The notes beneath the pieces were generated by a model, which saw only the letters and a program-made list of their open reading frames with translations, was not told where the DNA came from and made no database searches. Shown here one piece after another: positions 56,193 through 64,000 of a stretch of 64,000 nt of DNA. The stretch comes from Candidatus Limnocylindrales bacterium. Its GTDB lineage: Bacteria; Chloroflexota; Limnocylindria; Limnocylindrales; CSP1-4. The position numbers and the translations under genes were made by a program. Within the stretch, counting starts at the first letter, position 1. Each line of letters begins with the position of its first letter. The stretch covers positions 11,570 to 75,569 of the forward strand of contig JBKKDM010000177.1 in the NCBI GenBank assembly GCA_046707905.1. Reading direction: 5' to 3'.

Positions 56193-56954
56193 ATGCCGGG
56201 TCCCGAGCAGTCCATTGCCTTCGTGCGAGAGCTCGTCTTACCGGCGACTCCCGGAGACTTGGCGGAACTCGCGGCAGAGCCCGCGACCATCACCGAAGCC
56301 GAGCCGGCAGGGTACGTTGATTCCGGGAGCCTGATCTCCTTTCTGCCGGGCGTCTCGCTCCTTCACAAGCAGGACACGCTGAACTCGACCCTCCTGGCCC
56401 AGTTGGCGGCCACCGCGAAGTTCGACCGGGAAGCGCAGACCGTCGAGTGGTACAAGTTTTACCGGACGGTCCTCGAGAACGTCGGCTGGGTCATTCAGTC
56501 CTTCGACTTCACGGTCTATCAGGCATCGGGCAGCGAATTCACCGCGGACAAGGTGGTCCTCGAGATCCTCAAGGCGGTCGCGACCGGCAACGATCTCGCC
56601 ATCGTGGCAGCGACCATGGAGGCCCTGAATAGCCTGGACGCCGGTGACGGCAAGGTGAAGCTGTTCGAGACCCAGAGCCACGGCCCACGGCGCGGCAACT
56701 TCCAGGTCGGGGTCGCGTCCGAGAATGACGGCGTCCTCGTCCTCAAGATCGGCACCTTCTACTTCGAGGTCAACGAGGACGTACTCCGGATCCTCTGGTT
56801 CCGCTTCAAGTCCGCGTCAACCAAGTTCTACAAGGGCAGCCAAGTCATCAACCTCGACGACCAGATCTACCAGCAGGTGCGACAGGCTGTGATCGAGAAG
56901 CTCGGCGACAAGGCGGTCACCTTCGTCAAGAATCTCGACATCGGCAAGGTCTAG
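56193..56954 (+). CDS. Evf/Cyt-fold-like protein (putative membrane-active)
   Basis: RBS aggagg; GSLISF..GVS...QD.LNSTLLAQLAA..K....WY..Y..VL..VGW pattern recalled from Evf-like proteins. Confidence 0.5.
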   Translation: MPGPEQSIAFVRELVLPATPGDLAELAAEPATITEAEPAGYVDSGSLISFLPGVSLLHKQDTLNSTLLAQLAATAKFDREAQTVEWYKFYRTVLENVGWVIQSFDFTVYQASGSEFTADKVVLEILKAVATGNDLAIVAATMEALNSLDAGDGKVKLFETQSHGPRRGNFQVGVASENDGVLVLKIGTFYFEVNEDVLRILWFRFKSASTKFYKGSQVINLDDQIYQQVRQAVIEKLGDKAVTFVKNLDIGKV

Positions 56955-57033
56955 CCCGGGTGGGACATCGGAGGCGCGGCCGCTGAGCTTCTCTCACACC
57001 AGGTGACGATCAGGCGCCCTCGGAGGCCCACCA

Positions 57034-57693
57034 ATGCAGTGCTACCACCTCCCTTACATGGCCGGTCGCGCGGGCGCAGATGTAGTCCTCGCGGCGAAGA
57101 ACATCTTTGGCAACCGCAGTCACGGTCGATGGCAGCAAGCCCCGATCATCTGGAACAACTGCGGGCAACTCGTCATCCCAGGCGGACGCAAGGACGCCAT
57201 CGAGACGCCTCTCCGAGCGGCGCAAAGAGAGTATTTCGAGGAAACCGGCGTCGACTTCCGGGATACTGCCGTCCGAGCGGCGATGATGTGCATCGGCGAG
57301 CCCGTGCTGAAGATCTTTCGCCCGGATCCGGGCGGATACTGTTGCGCCTACCAGATGGTCTCCAATGCCAGCCCCCTCGTCGGGGCCGTAAATGCCAACA
57401 TCGGGGCCGGTGTGCCGGCGGACGATGAACTCCACGACGCCGGTCTCGCTGCTGGACAGCATGCCGTCGGGCTATTCGGACCACCGCAGCTGGCCGGCTG
57501 GCGCCAAGCACAGTTCAATCTGCTGCCACCAAACGATCAAGCGCTCGCCATGCAGAAGATGGCCGATCCATTCGACTGGTTCGTCCGCTGTGTCGAACAC
57601 CTCGTCGGCGAGAACTATGTCGAGCCGGAGGCGGCGTCGACGGGACCGCAGCCGGAGGGCCAGACCCACTCCCGGGTCCGCTATGGCCAATGA
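57034..57693 (+). CDS. NUDIX hydrolase
   Basis: PGGRKDAIETPLRAAQREYFEETGV Nudix box. Confidence 0.8.
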   Translation: MQCYHLPYMAGRAGADVVLAAKNIFGNRSHGRWQQAPIIWNNCGQLVIPGGRKDAIETPLRAAQREYFEETGVDFRDTAVRAAMMCIGEPVLKIFRPDPGGYCCAYQMVSNASPLVGAVNANIGAGVPADDELHDAGLAAGQHAVGLFGPPQLAGWRQAQFNLLPPNDQALAMQKMADPFDWFVRCVEHLVGENYVEPEAASTGPQPEGQTHSRVRYGQ

Positions 57694-57730
57694 TGTGCGC
57701 GGCGCGAACGAGCAAAGGGCCTTCCAATTT

Positions 57731-58612
57731 TCAACGTGCCCCTAGAACGCTCTGGCCGATCTTCCCTCGACTCCTCTGGGGGGACTTGGCCCGGCGAGAT
57801 GCGGTAGCGATCTTCAGCTCGCCTGCCGGACGAGATACGAACGAGGAGCTGCGCTGGCGTTGGTCGCCACGCCGAAGCCCGCGCCACGGGAAGCGCGACC
57901 GGATGAACCCCCGCCGCAAGAGCATCGCCTCGGACAGCGACCCGCGAGCCACGCCGAAGGCGCGCACCATGCGATCGGGCGGGAGGCCGTCGAGGTCCCG
58001 TCCGCCCGCTCCGGTCAGCGGCTCGTCGGCAACGAGCGTCCACATCTGGACTGTTCCATTGCGGTTGGTCTCGACCAAGCCACGAAGACCGGGTGCGAAG
58101 GGTTCGAAGCTCGGCCAATCCCAGCTCGGCACTTCTTCCGCGATGATTCGCCGCTGCTCGGCCGCCAAGTCGAATGAGAGCTGCTGCTTGCCGGCCCTTT
58201 CACGGTGGCGCGCCTTCGCCTGCTTGATGCTGGTGCCGAGGACGCCCCAAGACTTGAGTTGACGCAGCCCGGCCTCGCGCTCCCGCACCTGCTGGCGGCG
58301 AAGACGCCGGCGCGCACGATCGAGCTCATCACGCGCGAGGGCATCCACGATCGCAGGATCTGCCGCCATGAAGTGCTCGATGGCCGGGACCTCGAGTTCC
58401 GCCCGCCGCCGGGCCTCGACATCCGCTCGGGAGAAGGCACGCTGACTATCTACGCCTTCGGCGATCATCTGGTGGGCGATCGAGTGATTGACCGCGGTGC
58501 GGAAGGCCTCCAACGAAGCCGGCCGATGCACCGCCGGCCGCTCGAGGATTGACTGCCGGATTTGCTCGACCAGCCGCACCGGCAGCCTCCCGCCTTCCTC
58601 CCTGCTGCTCAT
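57731..58612 (-). CDS. Hypothetical protein
   Basis: 293-aa ORF with host-like codon usage; no recognised motif. Confidence 0.5.
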   Translation of the reverse strand: MSSREEGGRLPVRLVEQIRQSILERPAVHRPASLEAFRTAVNHSIAHQMIAEGVDSQRAFSRADVEARRRAELEVPAIEHFMAADPAIVDALARDELDRARRRLRRQQVREREAGLRQLKSWGVLGTSIKQAKARHRERAGKQQLSFDLAAEQRRIIAEEVPSWDWPSFEPFAPGLRGLVETNRNGTVQMWTLVADEPLTGAGGRDLDGLPPDRMVRAFGVARGSLSEAMLLRRGFIRSRFPWRGLRRGDQRQRSSSFVSRPAGELKIATASRRAKSPQRSRGKIGQSVLGAR

Positions 58613-59053
58613 CGGATCCAGTCCCTCAAACTGTGTGGCTCGACGACAAACGACGGCACCCGCTTGCCAACCACAGTTCTGGCGCGATTCGACGCACCGT
58701 CAACCCCTCTCCGGATTCGGTACCCGAGGCCCTTGCCCGGTCGGGGACTGTGCCGTCGAATCTCTTGCCCAGGACAGCCGACAGCGCTGCGTCGCAGGCG
58801 CTGTCGGGATGCAAGCTGCCAAGTGCTGACGCGGTCGCGACAGAGCCGCAACCCTTGAGGGTTCTCCCCACTCGACAGATCGCGTCGGGAACGACACGAT
58901 CCGACATGGCGGCCTGTTCTGTGACGCGCTGCGGCAACGATGCCGGATTCCGCTGTCCGCGTGGCACCATCAAGGAGATGCCGATCACCATCTCGGAGAC
59001 GTTGGCAATTCGGTGCGCCGCTCGCAAACGCGCCCGTGCCGGAGGTGGCTGAG

Positions 59054-61231
59054 GTGCCCACGTCCGATCCCCTGCGGGAGCCCGAGGTTCCTGACGACGC
59101 CGAGAGCGGCGCCTTAAGGCCCCGAGCCCGCCTCCTGCGAGCCTTCGGCGAGGAACTGATCAGTTCCGAGAAGGTCGCCGTGACCGAGCTCGTGAAGAAC
59201 GCCTACGACGCCGACGCATCCCTCGTGTTGGTGCGCTTCGTCCCGCCGCTCGAAGAAGGCGGCGGAGCGATCGAGGTCGTCGACGACGGACACGGCATGG
59301 CCCTCGAGACCATCAAGGACACGTGGATGGAGCCCGGGACCACCTTTCGCAAACAACGCACTCATAGCGAGGGCCGAGGTCGACGTGTCCTCGGCGAGAA
59401 AGGAATCGGACGTTTCGCCGCTTCACGCCTCGCCGATCGCCTCGAGGTGGTCACCAAGCGTGCCTCTGACCCCCAGGAAGTACACGTCTTCTTCGACTGG
59501 ACGCAATTCGACGATTCGCGGTATCTCGAGGATGTGGTCGCCAAGTGGTGGACCGCGGAGCCGAGCGAGTTCGACCCCGAAGGAGCGGTCGGTCGGCTCG
59601 CCAAGTCGGCAAAGCGAAGCTCAATCCCTGATCACGGCACCGTCCTGCGGATGTGGCCACTTCACAACGACTGGAATGAAGAGGCAATCAAGGATCTCCG
59701 CCTCACCTTGGCCAGGCTCCTGCGGCCGCTGCCCGCCCCAAGTCCGGCAAAGGGGAAGGCACGCGCGGGCGAATTCTCGATCTTCCTCGAGCTGCCGGAG
59801 GAATTTGCGTCGATGGCGGGTCCCGTCGAGCCGTCCGACACGCTCGGCAAGCCCGAATACTCGATTGGAGGCTCCGTCGCTGGCGACGGCCATTACGACT
59901 TGTCGCTCCGGATCGGCAAGGGACGCCCGAGCCGACTAACCGGGAAATTCGCTCTAGGCGATGAACGCGAGCCGCTTTCCGGGCCCTTCGAAATCGAGCT
60001 TCGAGTCTGGGACCGCGACCCTTCATCGCTTGATCGGGTGGCCAAGGCCCTCGATTCGACAATCAAGAATGTCCGCCAGGATCTCAATGATGCGGCTGGC
60101 GTCAGCGTGTATCGGGACGGCTTTCGGGTGCTGCCCTACGGGGAGCCGGGCGACGATTGGCTGAAGCTCGATTCGCGCCGCGTCAACGATCCGACGAAGC
60201 GTCTGTCGAACAACCAGATCGTCGGCGTCGTAACCATCTCGGGCGATGGCAACCCCGTGCTCACAGACCAGACGAATCGCGAAGGACTGATGGCAGGGGG
60301 AGCATTTGAGGACCTTCGCAAGCTGGTCCTGAACGTACTTTCCTTGCTTGAGGTGGAGCGCTACGTGAAGCGCCACGCGCCCGAGGCGACGCCCAAGCGT
60401 GGCGGCGTATTCGTCGGGTTTGACTTGGCTGATCTCGAAGGCTTGGTCAGGACCCGTCACCCCGCCGACTCGGAGCTCCTCGCCGAGGTCGAGAACAAGC
60501 AACGCGAGCTCGTCCGTCGGATCGACGCCGCGCAGGATGTAGTCGGGCGGTACCGGCGCCTCGCGACCCTCGGGGAGCTCATCGACTCGGTCGTGCACGA
60601 TGGTCGTACCCCCCTCGGCAAGATCCGGAATGCCGTCGAACTCGCGCTAAAGGAGATCGAGCGGGCATATGCCGAAGCGGAGAAGCTTCGGAAGCATCTT
60701 GATCTCGCCGACCGTCAGGCGGCGGCGTTGGCCGACCTCTTCAGGCGCATCGAGCCCTTTGGCGGGCGCAGGCGCCGGCGCCCCGGCCCCCTCATCGTCG
60801 AGGAGGGAATCAGGGACGCCTTCGAATTGCTGGGCTCCGAGTTGAGCACGGCATCGGTCCGCACGGTCCTCCCCGAGTCCAGCACGTCCATGGTGGCCAA
60901 CTCCGGCGAGATCCAGGAGATCCTCGTCAATCTCATCCAGAACGCGGTGTACTGGTTGAAGCAGGTGCCTCGGACTGATCGCCAAATTTCCGTGGACGTC
61001 TTGCCACATGACGGAACGGTGGAAGTCCTGTTCTCGGACAGCGGACCCGGTGTGGATCCGGAATTCGCGGATCGCGTGTTCGAGCCCTATTTCTCGACGA
61101 AGCCTGACGGCGTCGGACTGGGCCTTGCGATCGCGGGCGAAGTCGCAGAGGAGTACTACGACGGGCGCCTCGAGCTGATGTCATCGGGCCCTCTTCCCGG
61201 CGCGACCTTTCGACTGACTCTCAAGAGATGA
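59054..61231 (+). CDS. GHKL (MutL/MORC-like) ATPase fused to a soluble histidine kinase
   Basis: RBS GGAGG; ELVKNAYDA, DDGHGM, GEKGIGRFA, GT; HDGRTP, NLIQNA, DSGPGV, FSTK.DGVGLGL; no TM. Confidence 0.92.
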   Translation: MPTSDPLREPEVPDDAESGALRPRARLLRAFGEELISSEKVAVTELVKNAYDADASLVLVRFVPPLEEGGGAIEVVDDGHGMALETIKDTWMEPGTTFRKQRTHSEGRGRRVLGEKGIGRFAASRLADRLEVVTKRASDPQEVHVFFDWTQFDDSRYLEDVVAKWWTAEPSEFDPEGAVGRLAKSAKRSSIPDHGTVLRMWPLHNDWNEEAIKDLRLTLARLLRPLPAPSPAKGKARAGEFSIFLELPEEFASMAGPVEPSDTLGKPEYSIGGSVAGDGHYDLSLRIGKGRPSRLTGKFALGDEREPLSGPFEIELRVWDRDPSSLDRVAKALDSTIKNVRQDLNDAAGVSVYRDGFRVLPYGEPGDDWLKLDSRRVNDPTKRLSNNQIVGVVTISGDGNPVLTDQTNREGLMAGGAFEDLRKLVLNVLSLLEVERYVKRHAPEATPKRGGVFVGFDLADLEGLVRTRHPADSELLAEVENKQRELVRRIDAAQDVVGRYRRLATLGELIDSVVHDGRTPLGKIRNAVELALKEIERAYAEAEKLRKHLDLADRQAAALADLFRRIEPFGGRRRRRPGPLIVEEGIRDAFELLGSELSTASVRTVLPESSTSMVANSGEIQEILVNLIQNAVYWLKQVPRTDRQISVDVLPHDGTVEVLFSDSGPGVDPEFADRVFEPYFSTKPDGVGLGLAIAGEVAEEYYDGRLELMSSGPLPGATFRLTLKR

Positions 61232-62427
61232 CGGTGCCCGAGGAGGAGCCCTGGCAGATCCTTGTCGTGGACGACGACCCCGAATACCAGGACCAAGTGC
61301 GCGAGATGCTTGGCCGGATGACGTTCGCGGCAGGCGTCTCCCCCGAAGTCATCGCGGTACAGGACTTCGAATTGGCTCTCGGCGAGCTCGCAGGTCGCCG
61401 CGTGGATCTTGTCATTCTCGACATCCGCCTGGACGGCGCCCATACCGACGTTGATGCCGGCATCCGGACCTTGGAGGCCATCCGCGCGCGCCGATTCGTG
61501 CCCATCATCTTCTACACGAATCTGCCCGAGCACGCCCGCGATCTGGAGGCCCCCCCGCTCATCCAGATCGTCGAGAAGGCCGCAGGCCCGAATGCTCTGG
61601 AAGCAGCGGTGGGCACGGCTTTCGACTCTGGCCTACCGCTGCTCAACCGCTCGATCCTCCGGATCGTCGAGGAGGGCCAGCGTGCCTACATGTGGGACTT
61701 CGTGGCGAAACACGCGCCCGATCTCATGACAACTGAGGACCCGGCATCCCTCGGCTACCTGCTGGCCCGACGGCTGGCCTATTTCATCGCCAAGGAAGGA
61801 AGCGGCTCCCTCATCGAGGCGCTCGGAGGGGTGCGCGGATCCGCTGGGATCTATCCGCCGATACGCATGTACCTCATCCCGCCGGTGCCCGAAGTCCTCG
61901 TCGGCGACCTCGTCAAGGGCGAGGTCGACGGGCGGAACGGCCACTGGGTCGTACTTTCGCCCTCTTGCGACCTGATGCAGGGCAAGGCCGAACGTGTGCT
62001 GCTCGCGGCGGCCGAAGCCCTCGAGCAGCAGCCGGAGGCGGTGGCGGTGCGGAACGCGACGCCACCGCCCAGCAAAGCTGTTCGAGTGGCCCTCGAGAAG
62101 GTGGTCGGCAACAAGAACGTCAACCCGCCGCGCCAGGACGAGCGGCATCATGCCTTACCGGGTGCTCTCGGCCTCCCCGATCTCCTCGTGGATTTCCAGC
62201 AGCTGACGTCAGTCAAGCGTGAGACCTTCGACGGCCTCGAGCGGGTCGCATCTCTCGACAGCCCGTACGGCGAGGCGTTGTCCGCGCGCTTCCTCCGCTA
62301 CTACAGCCGGCTCGGCACCCCGAACATCGACATCGCACCTGTCATGACGAGGATCGCCGCCCTTGGCCCTATGACCGATGTCGCGGCTGTGGCAGCGGGG
62401 ACGGTCGATGAAACCAGTGCCACTTGA
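61228..62427 (+). CDS. Response regulator: REC domain + unknown C-terminal domain
   Basis: VVDDD, ILD, YT, K receiver residues; C-terminal VLSPSCDLMQ ... LDSPY...RYYSRLG; ATGA overlap with the kinase. Confidence 0.85.
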   Translation: MTVPEEEPWQILVVDDDPEYQDQVREMLGRMTFAAGVSPEVIAVQDFELALGELAGRRVDLVILDIRLDGAHTDVDAGIRTLEAIRARRFVPIIFYTNLPEHARDLEAPPLIQIVEKAAGPNALEAAVGTAFDSGLPLLNRSILRIVEEGQRAYMWDFVAKHAPDLMTTEDPASLGYLLARRLAYFIAKEGSGSLIEALGGVRGSAGIYPPIRMYLIPPVPEVLVGDLVKGEVDGRNGHWVVLSPSCDLMQGKAERVLLAAAEALEQQPEAVAVRNATPPPSKAVRVALEKVVGNKNVNPPRQDERHHALPGALGLPDLLVDFQQLTSVKRETFDGLERVASLDSPYGEALSARFLRYYSRLGTPNIDIAPVMTRIAALGPMTDVAAVAAGTVDETSAT

Positions 62428-62561
62428 CAATCTCGCCATGATCGCGAGACGAACGGGTACATGAATCAGCTACCGGCTGTGATGTCCCGAGGGTGGAAAT
62501 GGAACGGACGTTCGACTACAATACCTCGCCCCGGCACAAGCACTTGATCGACCAAGGTCCT

Positions 62562-64000
62562 GTGACCAGTCCGCCCGCTCCTCTACTACCGGCTGCTCGA
62601 GCGGCCGAAATTGCCCGCCGCACAAAGCTCGCTCGTCTGCGCCAAGGTGCGGCGCCCCGGGTTCTCGAACTCGCGTCGGGCTGCGGCGGCCTTGCCCTCG
62701 GCCTGAAGCGGGCCGGCTTCGAACTCACGGCGCACGTCGAGGTGGATCCTGAGGCGGCCGAAACGTATCGGCTCAACTTCGGGCCGGACCGTGACGCCAA
62801 GTGGGCCGCTGTGCGAGACATGGCCGCTGTGGGTCCGGCAGCGCTCGCCGAGGAGCTCGCGCTTGGCGAGCCGGCCCTCGCCATAGACATTCTCGCGGCT
62901 GGCCTGCCTTGCCAAGCCTTCGCGCGCATCGGCCGTTCGAAGCTGCGTGACGTGTCGGGTGACGGCGAGGCGTACAAGAATGACGCACGCTCGCGCCTGT
63001 ACCTGCGTTTCCTCGAATACGTCGAAGGGACCGCGCCTCTGGTCGTGGTTCTGGAGAATGTTCCGGACATCCTCAATCACGGAGGCCACAACGTCCCGGA
63101 GGAAATCGCGGCGAACCTCGCGTCGAAAGGCTACGAGGTGCGTTACACCATTCTGAACGCCGCCCATCATGGCGTACCCCAGATCCGTGAGCGCCTGTTC
63201 CTGGTGGCCTTCGCTCGGGAGCTCGGCGCGGTGCCGAAGTTTCCGGAGCCCAGCCACCACCTCGACCTCCCCAAGGGTTATGAGGGCTCGCGGCGGGTCG
63301 CTTTGAAGCACGTCCCCGCTGACAGTCCGTGGTTCGTTCCAATGAAGAAGCCCGACCCGGCCCTGCCGGCGGCGGTGACCGTCAAGCAGGCCTTGGCCGA
63401 TCTGCCTCTCATCCGCGACCACCAACTAGATCCCGGGTCGATGCGCCGGCGCTCACTTGACGAGGAAATTGCCTACCGCCTGCCGGCCGGGCTCACCTAT
63501 GCCGCCGGCATGAGGAATTGGCCTGGTACCGCTTCGGCGAAAGCTTCGACCGGGCACAAGGTCCGCATGACACCGCGGGACTACGGGACCTTCCTCGCAA
63601 TGGCACAAGGTGCCGACTACCCGCAAGCGCTCAAGGTGGCCGAGACCCGTCTGGCTGCCGCCTTGTCGGCCCTGGATCCGAGCGAGGCGTCCGAGCCGCA
63701 AACCGTCGAAAGGTTGCGCGCATCGATCGTACCGCCGTACGACGTGGCGAACTTCCCGAACCGTTGGTGGAAACTCGATCCGCGCCGGCCTTCGCGAACC
63801 CTCACGGCGCACCTCGGCAAGGATGGCTACAGCCACATCCACTACGACGGCGAACAGTCACGCACGATCTCGGTTCGCGAGGCGGCTCGGCTGCAGTCGT
63901 TTCCGGACGGGTTCCGCTTCAGCGGCACGATGAACGCAGCCTTCAAACAGATCGGAAACGCGGTGCCGCCGCTGCTCGCGTGGGCTCTCGGCAGATCTAT
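62562..64000 (+). CDS. C5 cytosine DNA methyltransferase, 3' end runs off the window
   Basis: ELASGCGG (motif I), GLPCQAF (IV), ENV (VI), QIRERLF (VIII), REAARLQSFPD (IX), QIGNAVPP (X). Not in the ORF track because it has no stop in the window. Confidence 0.95.
   Translation, partial: MTSPPAPLLPAARAAEIARRTKLARLRQGAAPRVLELASGCGGLALGLKRAGFELTAHVEVDPEAAETYRLNFGPDRDAKWAAVRDMAAVGPAALAEELALGEPALAIDILAAGLPCQAFARIGRSKLRDVSGDGEAYKNDARSRLYLRFLEYVEGTAPLVVVLENVPDILNHGGHNVPEEIAANLASKGYEVRYTILNAAHHGVPQIRERLFLVAFARELGAVPKFPEPSHHLDLPKGYEGSRRVALKHVPADSPWFVPMKKPDPALPAAVTVKQALADLPLIRDHQLDPGSMRRRSLDEEIAYRLPAGLTYAAGMRNWPGTASAKASTGHKVRMTPRDYGTFLAMAQGADYPQALKVAETRLAAALSALDPSEASEPQTVERLRASIVPPYDVANFPNRWWKLDPRRPSRTLTAHLGKDGYSHIHYDGEQSRTISVREAARLQSFPDGFRFSGTMNAAFKQIGNAVPPLLAWALGRS

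Overview
High-GC bacterial window of stacked accessory and mobile DNA, with no core housekeeping, rRNA or complete tRNA genes and no CRISPR array. (1) 1-4.8 kb: distal tail module of a prophage. (2) 4.8-17.6 kb: integrative, satellite-like element with Prim-Pol/helicase, small regulators and a frameshifted large serine recombinase whose 3' end contains a 17-nt tRNA 3'-end-like att core. Its cargo is an unusual Type I RM operon (HTH-fused HsdM with an NPMW motif, half-size HsdS), an M48 peptidase and a UDG-fold protein. (3) 18-38 kb: lipoproteins/beta-propellers, PadR, MocR, a two-component system, an ABC exporter, and relics of a Ski2-like helicase and a ThiF/E1-like gene. (4) 38.5-45 kb, possibly to ~48.6 kb: a casposon-like element, the top finding. 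It has a solo Cas1 with a Zn-ribbon and HTH tail, HTH proteins, an HNH-like protein and a family B DNA polymerase, and it appears to be decaying (one in-frame amber, several frameshifts). (5) 48.7-58.6 kb: S1 protease, split Tat-tyrosinase, copper-radical-oxidase relic, Evf/Cyt-like protein and NUDIX hydrolase. (6) 59-64 kb: a GHKL-ATPase/histidine kinase hybrid, a response regulator with an unknown output domain and a C5 DNA methyltransferase running off the window. All calls come from reading motifs by eye; no database searches were run. The host taxon cannot be fixed from this window.
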